From: Antedon mediterranea
Taxonomy: Eukaryota; Animalia; Echinodermata
NCBI RefSeq assembly: GCF_964355755.1
Contig: NC_092679.1
Span: 13,561,432 to 13,625,431, forward strand
Length of the DNA: 64,000 bases
Direction: 5' to 3'
The translations under genes and the position numbers were made by a program. The stretch's first letter is position 1. Each line of letters opens with the position of its first letter. Positions 1 through 14,495 of this stretch are shown here, piece after piece. The notes under the pieces are model-generated. The model saw only the letters and a list, made by a program, of their open reading frames with translations. It was not told where the DNA came from and ran no database searches.

Positions 1-96
1 CATGAAAAAGATGTGTACACTGGACCTACGGTTTATAGTCCAATTATCCAAGAAGACTTGTTCTACAGAACCATGGAGCGAGTGAGGTTTGAATAC
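1..96 (-). mobile_element. Degenerate SINE fragment (Deu-domain-like central region), cut by the window edge
   Basis: Minus strand reads ...aacaagtcttcttggataattggactataaaccgtaggtccagtgtac; a related degenerate copy lies at ~28380-28560 (+). Resemblance to SINE central domains is from memory. Confidence 0.35.
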
Positions 97-929
97 TTGC
101 CGTTGTTATTTATACGCACTACGGTATGTATTAGAGCAATGGTAAATAGTCACTGACCAAGGCGATTTGCCATTGTGGTATGAATGGCCTATAAACCTAA
201 TTGTATTCCGAATACGTTTTTAAATGGGCCTGTGTTTGCTGTATTGTGGTCGATAGGAGGCTTCTTACATGTTAAGTAAGTAGCATACACTATAAAGAAA
301 GAGTGTTGCAACATGAACATGAAATTGACTCATTCTGTTAAAGACAATGCTTATTGGGTACATACTAAACACTAACTCAACCTTCGATTGGTCTAGTATT
401 TTGAAGAAATGATTATCTCTTTTGGCAGTACCATCTCGTCAGATTGTTTGCTGTTTTCGATATCACTTAGGTACATACATTGAATTATATACATAATTAT
501 GGAGTTTGAATATCTTTAGAGAAGAGTTCATTCAATATTGTCTGTACTGTCTTTATGGTACTGGTTCAGTCCTTTTAACATAACTTATAGTGCACAAATA
601 TCTTAATATATAGTTTTTTAATATAGCTTTATAACAATTCAATTCTATGCAAAATGAACAATTTCTAAAAAGAAATAGCCACCATTTTTTCTGCTTACTT
701 TAAAAGGAAATTTAAAGTAGTAAATTATAGTTTATACACATGCACAAGTACTTTCTTTAAATACGAAAGATGTGGTGTATGTATGTGGGTAGATTTCTCC
801 ACAGGGTAAAGTTTTAACCACAGTAAATGACAACTTATCTTTGTAGACCAATAATATCTACAGTGAAACCATAAACATGTAGGACATGCTAATTTCTAAT
901 ACAATTAAAACAAATAATTTTACCAATAA

Positions 930-1468
930 TGTATTGTCCCTTGAAACACAAAAAATGAAAAAAAAATATTCTAAATTTAAATTGGCCATATCAAAGTAAT
1001 GTTAAAGTTATTCACTTTAAGTCGAAAATTCGAGCCAAAAACAACAGTTTATGTAATTAACAGGTAAATTAATTAGATTACATTTCGTCTGAGAAATCGT
1101 CGCAAGTGAAAGTAAACAAAGATTTCAAACCATGAGTATGCATTATGCATGATGCTAATTAGGATTGTTTACAACTCATCACGGTTGAGAAGGTGTTTTC
1201 ACACAGATCGCGAGGAAGTTTTATGATTATGCATACAGAGTAGCCAAACAAGCGCATTGCATTATGGGATATGTTTTGATTGAAAACTTTGACTGGAAGT
1301 CAAAGTTATTTTTTGAACACAAAAACATCTGTATTTCGGTTAAATAATTTTTTTTGGGACTAATTTTTGGTGAAAGTTAATAACTATTATGATACTTCAA
1401 AATGACCCAATTTTTTTAAATTTAAAAAAAAAAATTTTTTTGGAATTAGTCAAAGGGACAATACATCT
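930..1468. mobile_element. Non-autonomous Kolobok-type MITE
   Basis: Inverted ends tgtattgtccctt...aagggacaatacatct followed by TTAA (1469-1472). The empty site accgataa|ttaa|tattaag is seen in backbone copies near 11244-11262 and 20388-20407. The left TSD and terminal bases are deleted. Confidence 0.7.
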
Positions 1469-1879
1469 TTAATATTAGGATGGCTCCAACTTTTCATTTT
1501 TTCTAATAGTTTTTCATCTTTAAAATATAATATTTTATATCTATTTTGATTATTATATGGATTTAGTGCAGGTTTCCTGTAGACATCTATATAGAAAATG
1601 ATGCTGTATTACACATTCCAGAAGACCTAGACTTTGATTTAAATGTAAATTTGCCATGTCGTGCAATTTATTCTGCCAATAGTTTTGGCTGTATTACTGA
1701 TATTCGATTGTTGTAAGTTTGATTGATATATTGTTGGGTCTGAATGACTTTCATTGCATAGCCCTTCTTGTTTCCATGGGCCAGCTCATCTTGAAGGTCT
1801 CTTTAACCTTAAGGCAAGGTTGCTTAATTAAAAGATTAACCAATTACAGTGTCCTGTGGATTCACCCCTGCTGTGACCC

Positions 1880-2352
1880 AGGCTTAGTTTATACATAGGC
1901 CCTGTACCGTATATATATGCAGTATATATACCACATAAATATCCCCATTGTTTGTGGATATTATACGGTATATTCCAAAATATAACATATATTTCGTAGC
2001 CCGTTTCTGCTGCACTCAAAATATACCGTATATGTGACCCGGCCCATGACACAAGGTCAAAAACTAACAAAGCGCGACGCGTTTGTTTGGTTTTTCTGCT
2101 GCATTGACACACACGTGTACAAGCAAGAAACAGATCAAAATTTCACTGTGGACTGAAGAAATAACTATTTTTGCAATTCAATTGGTTGGGGGGGGGGGGG
2201 GGGAGACTGCATGGCAACAGAAGAGATACCGAGATTTACAAAAGTATCTCAAACAAAATAAAAGCAGAATTTGTGGTAGACTTAACGCCAAAGAAAGTTA
2301 ACAGCAAACTCAAAATTGTACGAAAACAGTACAATTTGGCAAAACACAACAC
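1880..2352 (+). mobile_element. PIF/Harbinger-like left end with a frameshifted Myb/SANT-like DNA-binding ORF fragment
   Basis: Starts aggcttagtttatac, like a Harbinger terminus. Peptide LWTEEITIFAIQL...LHGNRRDTEIYKSISNKIKAEFVVDLTPKKVNSKLKIVRKQY is split by a frameshift at a poly-G run and fits the trihelix Myb/SANT pattern. Confidence 0.5.
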
Positions 2353-4454
2353 ACATTCCAGAAGACCTAGACTTTGATTTAAATGTAAATTTGCCATGTC
2401 GTGCAATTTATTCTGCCAATAGTTTTGGCTGTATTACTGATATTCAATTGTTGTAAGTTCGATCAATATATTGTTGGGTTTGAATGACTTTCATTGCATA
2501 GCCCTTCTTGTTTCCATGGGCCAGCAACCGAACCTCAAGCTGCAGAGAGTATAGACACCAGCTTGTGGAAGCTCTTCCTACAAACAGGGAAACAAGAAGC
2601 AAATTGGTCTGTAGCAAAACTAAAAGGAGAACTGAAGAAACATGCAATTGTACACCCATCTAATGCTAAAAAGGATGTGGTGTATGTATGTGGGTAGATT
2701 TCTCCACATGGTGAAGTTTTAACCACAGTAAATGATTGTCATTTCATTAATTAATAAATATTAAAAGGGCTCCAACTTTTTTTTTTCTAATAATTTTTCA
2801 TCTTTAGAATATTATATTTTATATCTATTTTGATCATTATATGGATTGTTTGATTGCAGGTATCCTGTAGACATCTATGGAAACTGATGCTGTATTACAC
2901 ATTCCAGAAGATCTAGACTTTGATTTAAATGTAAATTTGCCATGTCGTGCAATTTATTCTGCCAATAGTTTTGGCTGTATTACTGATATTCGATTGTTGT
3001 AAGTTCGATCAATATATTGTTGGGTCTGAATGACTTTCATTGCATAGCCCTTCTTGTTTCCATGGGCCAGCAACCGAACCTCAAGCTGCAGAGAGTATAG
3101 ACACCAGCTTGTGGAAGCTCTTCCTACAAACAGGGAAGCAAGAAGACAATTGGTCTGTAGCAAAACTAAAAGGAGAACTGAAGAAACATGCAATTGTACA
3201 CCCATCTAATGCTAAAAAAAACTATTTTGTTTATTTGAACTCTTTCTATGGAAAACATACAAAACCCCACGTTACACTAGGACAAAGAGAATTTCAAGTA
3301 GAATTTATACAAAAAATATTAAGCAGAAACTTATATCTTTTGATAGACAGAAGTCTCAAGACAAGATAAAAAAATTTCAGAAGCAAAAAGAAAGAGACGG
3401 CCACGGCGGCCATAGCCACCATCCTACGCAGCACCCTGTTTGTTCCAGTAGTGATGGAAGGAGGTTTTCAAGCCCACACAACCAACGAACAGCTCAACAA
3501 GTGAATGAGAATGTAGAGGTGGTTGAGGATGTGAAGACAACACTCTCCTAATCACCACAGCGGCCATAGACACCATCCTTAATACGCGGCACCCCAGAGT
3601 CCTGCGACTTGGGGAACATGTTTCTTTTATTATTGACCTTTTCCAGTCATTAATTAGAAGGTGGTACATATATTATAACAACCGATTCTATTATCTCTAT
3701 TTCGAATTAGAAAACAATATTGCTTTATTTCACAGATAATGTGGACGGAACATTCGGCATTTTGTTACTAATGGACACTTAACATTAGAACAGTCAGGAA
3801 AATTCAAAAGCATTGCCATATTACTCTATACGAGGTACCTGCTATGTGCTGTACACTTGTTAAAAAGTTAACACTAGACTGAAACAACGTTCATACAGTG
3901 TAGTATGCCTCCTATCTACAATTCGCAATTGATATTCAGATTCTGAATGAATTTAGGTTGAGACAGCAATGCAAAGAGAAAATTAATAAGTGGTCATACT
4001 GCATTCATGTGGTGTCTCCTGTGTGTATTCTCAAATGATTCATGAATTGTATATTTAAATTATTAAAGACAGCACTCTCCCAATCGTCACGAAGGCCTTA
4101 GACACCATCCGTACATCCAATAAATACTACTTTAAAAAGCCGCTATAAATATGCATCGGAATGAGAGTGGCAATGAGGATTAACTTTAAAAGAATAAACA
4201 CTAGGACAAAGAGAATTTCAAGTAGAATTTATAAAAAAATATTAAGCAGAAGCTTAAATACATCTTAAGACAAGATAAAGAATTTGCAGAAGCAAAAAGA
4301 CAGATGTAATTGGGTATACCGCATTCATGTGGTGTCTCCTGTTTGTATTCTCAAATGATGCATGAATTCTATATTTATAAGACAGCACTCTCCCAATCAT
4401 ACACAGGACACAGAGTTCAAAATATTGCTTTCAAAATTGACCAACATATAATAG

Positions 4455-4575
4455 TCAAATGCTGATTGTGTTTAATTTCTTTCCACAATGTTCACATTCA
4501 TAGGTTTTTCTCTTGCGTGTATTCCTATCTATTCTCTTTAAAGTTCTTGCCACAATGTTGGCACTCTCCTAATTG
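4455..4575 (-). pseudogene. Decayed C2H2 zinc-finger remnant in the backbone (further copies ~5000-5115, 6430-6485, 14300-14360, 19235-19350, 25935-25990)
   Basis: Minus strand gives ECQHCGKNF...IH-REKP-YECEHCGKK, a degenerate TGEKPYxCxxCGKxF linker/finger with frameshifts. Confidence 0.6.
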
Positions 4576-5379
4576 CCATGACACCATTGGTACTTGGCAC
4601 CCTAGATCCAGGGACTATTATTGATCCACCATGCTAGGGTCCAATCGGAATCCAGTTGCTGGTTCCTTTAATGGTGGAAGAGGTGGAAGATGTGCAGGAA
4701 TGTGGGAAATTTTAACAATGTCAATGATTCCAAATAAGGATCAAATTGATGCTGTTGACATTTGTGAACATTTAATCCAATGTGATACTCAAGACATCCA
4801 GGAAAACTTAAACAATCAATTATTATCAAAGGAATGATAAATACTTTAGATTTAAAATATACTAAAGAAAGTCCTGGAGAAATGCAATTTCATGACTGAC
4901 AAAATGCTATGCTAAAATATCCAAGACAAGATAAATATAAATTAATATTTGTTATATTTAATAAGTAACGATGAATAATTCAGATTTAAAATTCAATAGT
5001 CAAATGCTGATTGTGTTTAATTTCTTTCCACAATGTTCACATTCATAGGTTTTTCTCTTGCGTGTATTCCTATCTATTCTCTTTAAAGTTCTTGCCACAA
5101 TGTTGGCACTCTCCTAATTGCCATGACACCATTGGTACTTGGCACCCTAGATCCAGGGACTATTATTGATCCACCACGCTAGGGTCCAATCAGAATCCAG
5201 TTGCTGGTTCCTTTAATGGTGGAAGAGGTGGAAGATGTGCAGGAATGTGGGAAATTTTAACAATGTTAATGATTCCAAATAAGGATCAAATTGATGCTGT
5301 TGACATTTGTGAACATTTAATCCAATGTGATACTCAAGACATCCAGGAAAACGTAAACAATAAATTATTATCAAAGGAA

Positions 5380-5785
5380 TGATAAATACTTTAGATTTAA
5401 AATATAATCAAGAAAGTCCTGGAGAAAAGAAATTTCATGACTGACAACAATGCTAAAATATCCAAGACAAGATAAATATCAATTAATATTTATTATATTT
5501 AATAAGTAACGATGAATACTTTAGATTTAAAATATACTAAAGAAAGTCCTTGAGAAATATGCAATTTCATGACTGACAACAATGCTAAAAATATCCAAGA
5601 CAAGGTAAATATCAATTAATATTTATTATATTTAATAAGGAACGATGAATAATTTAGAATCAAAATATACTAAGGTCCTGGAGAAATATGCAATTTTATG
5701 ACTGACAACAATGCTAAAAATATCCAAGACAAGGTAAATATCAATTAATATTTATTATATTTAATAAGGAACGATGAATACTTTA
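5380..5785 (+). repeat. ~128-bp AT-rich tandem repeat (also 4835-4990, 13140-13675, 19617-19880; degenerate copies at 6150-6420, 14030-14290, 25640-25900, 27555-27930)
   Basis: Unit gatgaatactttagatttaaaatatactaaagaaagtcc...gcaatttcatgactgacaacaatgctaaaatatccaagacaag...aataaggaac is repeated head to tail 1-4 times per locus. Confidence 0.85.
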
Positions 5786-5889
5786 GCGTTAAGCGTCAAG
5801 GCCCAGTTTGAAACCGATTTAGATTATTTCAATGGACAAAGTGGAAGCCTACTGCTGAAAGAGCATTACAGAGTGATTTTCTGTACATG

Positions 5890-6140
5890 GTTTCAAGATT
5901 TAACAACCCTCGGATACCTGGCAGGATCGGATTTTAACATCAGGCAGCCAAGATTATCTTAGGTACAGATACTTATCTGCCATATTTTATTTATCTGTAA
6001 TTGAAGCATCGCCTATAGAGATGAGCACTGTAAAAGCAATTATTGAATGTAGCTTATAAATGGCTGACAAATTCCAGCTGAAGCAGATAACTGCTCATAT
6101 TTGATCCAAGCAATTTATGCTAGTCAAAGAGATGCGATGA
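5890..6140 (+). pseudogene. Decayed Academ-type transposase fragment (copies also at ~13770-14013, 21374-21595, 23680-23901)
   Basis: The best copy reads RIPGWIGF...YLPVIEASPIEMSTAKAFIECSSEMADKFQLKQIVHIFGQAIYAKVQEMR*. This matches the Academ pattern PxWxGF...YLPxIxxxPTxxSTV...FDQxIYAK as I recall it. Stops and frameshifts are present. Confidence 0.6.
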
Positions 6141-7190
6141 ACAAATAAAAATTTTAAATATTTTAGATTCAAAATATTGCTGAAAGTCTTTCAGAAATAT
6201 GTAATTATCTGTTACAGCGGAATGCTAAAAATATCCAGGACAAAGTAAACATCAATTCTTATTTCTTATATTGAATAAGAAAAAATGAATACTTTCAAAA
6301 TATACTAAAAAAAGTCATGAAGAAATATACAATTTGTTACGGAGAAGAATGCTAAAAATATAAAGGTAAACATCAATTGATATTTCATATAGAAAATGGA
6401 AAGATTTTAGATTCTAAACACATTTTGTTAATTTTTTTTCCACAATTTTCACATTCATAAGGTTTCTCTCCATATGTATTCCTAGATCAACAAACCGAAA
6501 ATAACAATAATGCCAAATTTCCTCAATTTTCACTAGGCCTAAGTGACAACTCACCTTGGTATCAAAGTAAAGAGCCGCGATTTACATAAACAACAGCTTG
6601 TGGTCTGACAGTGCAACATAAACAGAGAGAGTATATTGATCCAGTTCGTTTGGTCAAAGTTTTGCTTTTTAAATATTCCTTTTTACAAGACAACATAAGT
6701 ATAAAGATTCAAGGAGATGGTGCTCAAATGGGTAGTCGTAAAATTACTTGTGGGAATTTCATTTCTTAACCACGAAATAAAGCTGTTTGGCATATCCTAT
6801 CAAAATCTAAAAGAAATTTGCCCAGTTACACTTTTCTATGATTGTGATAACCTAGAAGAAAACTTAAAAATTCCTTTTCTGGAAAGATTAAACATTTTCA
6901 ATCAAATTTTACCTTTTATTTAAGTGGAGATGAAATGTTCATCCAAGGTATAAAAAGAGAAAGGTTGGAATATCTATAATGAATGTAGCAAAAAGTAAAA
7001 AAAAAATGTTATAGAAAACGGTATGCGAACAGACTTGACCATGCCTAATATTGATAGTTATCCATTCATTTTCATACTGCCATCCATTCCACTTATCCAT
7101 ATACTGGCATGCATTCTTCTCTGGATTTCAATGTGTACCGAAACATTTTTGTCATTAGAAGTTGAGAAAATATTTTCACTTGGAAATAAA

Positions 7191-8209
7191 AGTAATGGTT
7201 AACAATTCGCTTAGAGACTTCCCAAATCGGTGGAAGTATGTAGATGATTTGTCAATATGTGAAGTTCACAACAAGAAAACCCCGCCTAATGTTCAAGATC
7301 AATTAAACGAACTATCACAATGGACCAAAGACAATAATATGATAATTAATATTGAAAAAACTAACTTTATGAACATTTCTTTTGCCAAATCTCAACCCAT
7401 TGTTAAATCATTTACGATAAATAATATAAAAATAACCAATGTTGAATGCTTAAAGTTACTTGGGGTTCAGATCACTAATGATCTGAAATGGAATATGCAT
7501 ATCCACGATGTTGTTAATAGAGCCAGTAAGAGATTACATATGTTGACATGTTTAAAAAGATTTGGAATGCCTTGTAACCATCTGCGTCAAATGTATATTA
7601 GCCACATAAGACCTGTAACTGAATATGCGTGTCCGGTATTGCACTCTGCCTTAACCATAGCACAATCCATGGAGCTTGAATCTATACAGAAACGCGCATG
7701 TAGAATAATTCTCGGACAAAAATATGCATCTTATGATCAAGCAATTAAACTACTTAATCTTAAATTTTTAGATCAAAGAAGAGAAGATATTCTTCTTGAT
7801 TTTGCTAAAAATCTTAACAAAATCGTCCCTAACGCACTTCCTAAATTGAGAGGCGAAACGTGTGGCAGGATACTTAGGAATGCTAAGAAGCAAAGTGAAA
7901 TATATGGCAATACTAAAAGATTCAACAACTCATGTTTCCCAGCACTGTGTAGACTAATTAATAAACCAAAATAAACACATTTCGTGCTTAAGAACAACAA
8001 TAATAATAATAAGTACTTTCATCAGTTTTTTCCATGTGTAATATCTCCTTTTTAAAAATATTTTTTTTTTTAACTTTTTAACTTTTTAATGTTGTAAATT
8101 TTGATGTTTGAAAGCTTGTACCAATTTTATATGTAAATCTCTCGCAATTAAGTTTTATTTTATATATACTGCAAAGAGAAATATTGAATAAAAGCAGAAT
8201 GAATGAATG
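7191..8209 (+). mobile_element. 5'-truncated non-LTR retrotransposon (CR1 group, Daphne/Rex-Babar-like): reverse transcriptase C-terminal half and 3' tail
   Basis: Open frame to 7974 with WKYVDD (YxDD), LLGV, RPVTEYACPV and IQKRACRII, then AATAAA at 8187 and a (GAAT)3 tail. It begins abruptly where the backbone copy at ~24260-24306 continues differently. Confidence 0.9.
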
Positions 8210-8658
8210 CAATTGTGCCATGTTCAGTTGGAGTTCCTTTGTTAATATTCTTTTCTAAACATCTGCTGTGTTTCAAATCTAAAACATATTTTTACAAATA
8301 AGTAACGTACATACAATAATTCTGTATTGTATGTACTTTAAATGCCAATGAATGTTATTTAGCCTAGGCCCCTTTACCATTTTAAAACTTGGGCATTGTT
8401 TAGAAGATAGCAGTTTATATTTAGGCATCATTCCTAGGCTAGCTAGGCCCCTATATCACACACATGGATAGGTAGGACTGCAGTTTATAACTGTTACTAA
8501 GCCTAGCCCTATACTTACTAGCCTAGCTAGGCTTTCTTAGAGAGGACAGTTTTAATATCATTGATGGAGGAAAATGGTTTTATAAATTATTTATTTAATA
8601 TAAAATTATATTAATTATTACTCAGAAAAGAAAATCAATCTCTTTTGGTTCAAATGGT

Positions 8659-8674
8659 GGCTCTGAAAAGAGCC
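8659..8674 (-). terminator. Replication-dependent histone mRNA 3' stem-loop (consensus) downstream of the PRPF18 fragment
   Basis: Minus strand GGCTCTTTTCAGAGCC, then ACCA and a purine-rich CAAAAGAGA downstream element. Confidence 0.9.
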
Positions 8675-8709
8675 TTTTGGTGTGAGAAGTCTTTGACTGT
8701 GTGTACTGC

Positions 8710-9108
8710 CTATCCACGGATATATTCAACACACCGCGACGGGTCCATTGGATATTGTCTCTGGCAAAGAGTCATTAACCTTTTCAATCCCTGGATGTAT
8801 TTTCTTTGTGTTTTATCATTTAGCACATGAGCAACGTGTTGTGCGTAGATCTTTTCTCTTCCAGTACGGGCATGAATACCCACCATAGTGACTCCTATTG
8901 GCCAAGGGGCATTGCCTACTGCCATTTGGAGATAAGCATCATTTGCCTTCACATAGTTTCTGTCCAATAAAAATCCAACAATCAACTTTAAATGTTCCAA
9001 GATATCTGTTGCAACATTCCTTTTCTTAAGTTTCCTTAAAAGTGGCTTAAGATAAGTTTTGGTTTGCGAATGAGTGGCGCTCAGTAACTTTCCTTTTGTA
9101 CTTCTTTT
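8710..9108 (-). pseudogene. PRPF18: Intronless fragment of pre-mRNA splicing factor Prp18 (C-terminal domain) fused to a histone H4 3' end
   Basis: 132 open codons: [31 protein letters not shown]...[65 protein letters not shown]...DPSRCVEY. There is no upstream ATG (in-frame TGA at 9112-9114). Confidence 0.93.
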
Positions 9109-9120
9109 GGTTCAAATGGT

Positions 9121-9136
9121 GGCTCTGAAGAGAGCC
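9121..9136 (-). terminator. Histone H4 mRNA 3' stem-loop (loop variant)
   Basis: Minus strand GGCTCT-CTTC-AGAGCC followed by ACCATTTGAACCAAAAGAAG. Confidence 0.85.
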
Positions 9137-9172
9137 TTTTTGGTTTGAGAAGTCTTTGGCTGTGTGTACTGC

Positions 9173-9590
<418 letters not shown>

Positions 9591-9899
9591 GCCCTACAGT
9601 AATAACGTTGACATAACTCAATGTGACCTCTTACGGGTTAGGAAATTCCTTATTGTGATTCGGGCGGTAAATTAAAACTAAAAATTAGAATTGCGCTTAA
9701 AAATTGAATATTAAGAAAATCATAGCAACATTCTTAACTTGTATAAGATAAGAATGTTGCTATGTGTATCCTGCTCCTTTGTTTGGTCACCTAGGTAGGG
9801 GTCCGGGACCGCGACAGAACGAGAACGGATGGGGGCCCTCCAAAGAAATTGCATTTTATTTGTCAGGCATTTGTATGATTTGTTTTTATTTTTTTTTAA

Positions 9900-10804
<905 letters not shown>

Positions 10805-12227
10805 TTACTTTCGAATTTCGAAATTAGATTTACGGTTTGGGTTCGTTTATAAGCAACCTGATAAGCAACCTGATTGCTGAAGGCAATTAGGAAACGTAAT
10901 GTGATTGGAAAAAATGTAGCTTATTACACGTCCGCATACAAATCTATCAAATCATCAATAGATACTCAGATCGCGCTGGTTTTCGTGAAACAAAAATAGG
11001 CCTAGATACAAAACAAAAGGATAAATACACCTAGGCCTATATATACTGTATTATCCATCTTCCTCCTATTCGATTTTAATTAAACAATAATACTGTAAGT
11101 AATTATAGTAGTAGTAAATTATAGTTTATACACAGCACAAGTACTTTCTTTAAATATGAAGGATGTGGTGTATGTATGTGGGCAGATTTCTCCACAGGGT
11201 AAGGTTTTAACCACAGTAAATGATTGTCATTTCATTAATTTTACCGATAATTAATATTAAGATGGCTCCAACTTTTTATTTCTTCTAATAATTTTTCATC
11301 TTTAAAATATTATATTATATATATATGCCATAGACACCATCCTTAATACGCGGCACCCCCGAGTCCTGGGACTTGGGGAACATGTTTCTTTTATTATTGA
11401 CCTTCCGTCATTAATTGGAAGGTGGTACATATTATGACAACCGATTCTATTATCTCTATTTCGAATTAGAAAACAATATTGCTTTATTTCACAGTGGACA
11501 TTCGGCATTTTGTTACTAATGGACACTTAAGAACAGTCAGGAAAATTCAAAAGAATTGCCATGTTACTCTATACGAGGTACCTGCTATGTGCTGTACACT
11601 TGTTTAAAAGTCAACATTAGACTGAAACAAGGTTCATACAGTATATAGTAAGCCTCCTATCTACAATCCGCAATTGACATTCAGATTCTGTATGAATTTT
11701 GTCCAGACAGCAATGCAAAAAGAACATTAATAAAGTGGGCATACCACATTCATGTGGTGTCTCCTGTGTGTATTCTCAAATGATTAATTGAATTATATAT
11801 TTAAATTATTAAAGACAGCACTCTTCCAATCGTTACGAAGGCCTTAGACACCATCCGTACATCTAATAAATAAAAAGCAGCTATAAATATTTATCGGAAT
11901 GAGAGTGACAATAAGGATTAACTTTAAAAGAATAAACACTAGAACAAAGAGAATTTCAAGTAGAATTTATTTTAAAAAATATCAATCACAAGATTAAATA
12001 CATCTTGAGACAAGATAAATAATTTGCAGAAGCAAAAAGAAAGATGTAATTGGGTATACCGCATTCATGTGGTGTCTCCTGTTTGTATTCTCAAATTATG
12101 CATGAATTCTATATTTATAAGACCACTTTCCCAATCATACACAGGACAATATTGCTTTCAAAATTTACCAACATATAATAGTCCAATGCTGATTGTGTTT
12201 CTTTCCACAATGTTCACATTCATAGGT

Positions 12228-12893
12228 CACGTGCACCACGACGATAGAATTATTGCCGAAACCGATTTGTTCGTTTACGGTGTTCTATCTCTGGTAGCGT
12301 TGGTGTACGAACCGACCATCAACAACGGTTCGTTGATGATACGCGTAAATGGATTGTTTTGTGGAATAGTTGCTTCGAACATTAACACTAAACTGTGCGT
12401 CGAGTTCGAAAAAGAAACTCGACGTTCTTGTAAATATTTGAAGATTATGCACGGCGTAAATCGAAAACGACACAAAACGTGCACGAATACGAATACAAAA
12501 GACGACATTGAGGTGCATCATCGCGAATACGAATTTTTTCCTTTGGTGTCGGCCAGAAACGAAGATCCCGACCTAGTTTATTCGTGCTATAATCCATTGT
12601 CGATGCACACCGAACTCGAATTGGAAATTACGCTGATTTCTTCATGGCGACAAAGTGTATCTGTTGAAGATGAAGAAATATGTAGGCGATTGAACGACGA
12701 ACACGGTATATTTGACGCGAAGAATTGTGTACAAAAAATCGATTTCGATGTAATGTATTTGAATTGGATGGAAATCGAAATAGTGAAAAGAATGCTTTGG
12801 TTTTTAATGTCTCAACAGCCATCTGCCCGCGACTGTTTTTCGTCGATGGTTGGTGATAGACGGTGGTTATATAAATTTACGAGTTATATTTCA
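12228..12893 (+). other. Foreign CpG-rich coding fragment (222 uninterrupted codons), possible endogenous large-DNA-virus or Polinton-like fragment
   Basis: No stop across the 666 bp. About 55 CpG by hand count against almost none in the adjacent backbone. It replaces ~80 bp present in the other backbone copies (e.g. 4505-4587). No protein family recognised. Confidence 0.5.
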
Positions 12894-14495
12894 GGTACTT
12901 GGCACCCTAGATCCAGGGACTATTATTGATCCACCACGCTAGGGTCCAATCGGAATCCAGTTGCTGGTTCCTCTAATGGTGGAAGAGGTGGAAGATGTGC
13001 AGGAATGTGGGAAATTTTAACAATGTCAATGATTCCAAATAAGGATCAAATTGATGCTGTTGACATTTGTGAACATTTAATCCAATGTGATACTCAAGAC
13101 ATCCAGGAAAACGTAAACAATAAATTATTATCAAAGGAATAAATACTTTAGATTTAAAATATACTCAAGAAAGTCCTGGAGAAATGCAATTTCATGACTG
13201 ACAACAATGCTAAAATATCCAAGACAAGATAAATATCAATTAATATTTATTATATTTAATAAGGAACGATGAATACTTTAGATTTAAAATATACTAAAGA
13301 AAGTCCTTGAGAAATATGCAATTTCATGACTGACAACAATGCTAAAATATCCAAGACAAGATAAATATCAATTAATATTTATTATATTTAATAAGGAACG
13401 ATGAATACTTTAGATTTAAAATATGCTAAAGAAAGTCCTTGAGAAATATGCAATCTCATGACTGACAACAATGCTAAAAATATCCAAGACAAGGTAAATA
13501 TCAATTAATATTTATTATATTTAATAAGGAACGATGAATAATTTAGAATCAAAATATACTAAGGTCCTGGAGAAATATGCAATTTCATGACTGACAACAA
13601 TGCTAAAAATATTCAAGACAAGGTAAATATCAATTAATATTTATTATATTTAATAAGGAACGATGAATACTTTAGCGTTAAGCGTCAAGGCCCAGTTTGA
13701 AACCGATTTAGATTATTTCAATGGACAAAGTGGAAGCCTATGTGATGTGATTTTCTGTACATGGTTTCAAGATTTAACAACCCTCGGATACCTGGCAGGA
13801 TCGGATTTTAACATCAGGCAGCCAAGATTATCTTAGGTACAGGTACTTATCTGCCATATTTTATTTATCTGTAATTGAAGCATCGCCTATAGAGATGAGC
13901 ACTGTAAAAGCAATTATTGAATGTAGCTTATAAATGGCTGACAAATTCCAGCTGAAGCAGATAAGTGCTCATATTTGATCCAAGCAATTTATGCTAGTCA
14001 AAGAGATGCGATGAACAAATAAAAATTTTAAATATTTTAGATTCAAAATATTGCTGAAAATCTTTCAGAAATATGTAATTATCTGTTACAGCGGAATGCT
14101 CAAAATATCCAGGACAAAGTAAACATCAATTCTTATTTCTTATATTGAATAAGAAAAAATGAATACTTTCAAAATATACTAAAAAAAGTCATGAAGAAAT
14201 ATACAATTTGTTACCGAGAAGAATGCTAAAAATATAAAGGTAAACATCAATTGATATTTCATATAGAAAATGGAAAGATTTTAGATTCTAAACACATTGT
14301 GTTAAATTTTTTTCCACAATGTTCACATTCATAAGGTTTCTCTCCATATGTATTCCTAGATCAACAAACCGAAAATAACAAACAATAATGCCAAATTTCC
14401 TCAATTTTCACTAGGCCTAAGTGACAACTCACTAAGTAAAGAGCCGCGATTTACATAAACCACAGCTTGTGGTCTGACAGTGCAACATAAACAGA

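Noticed and set aside
12024-12929. 301-aa ORF as a complete gene
   Set aside because: It starts at TTG in repeat backbone, and both ends are backbone sequence that is not open in sister copies. Only 12228-12893 looks coding.
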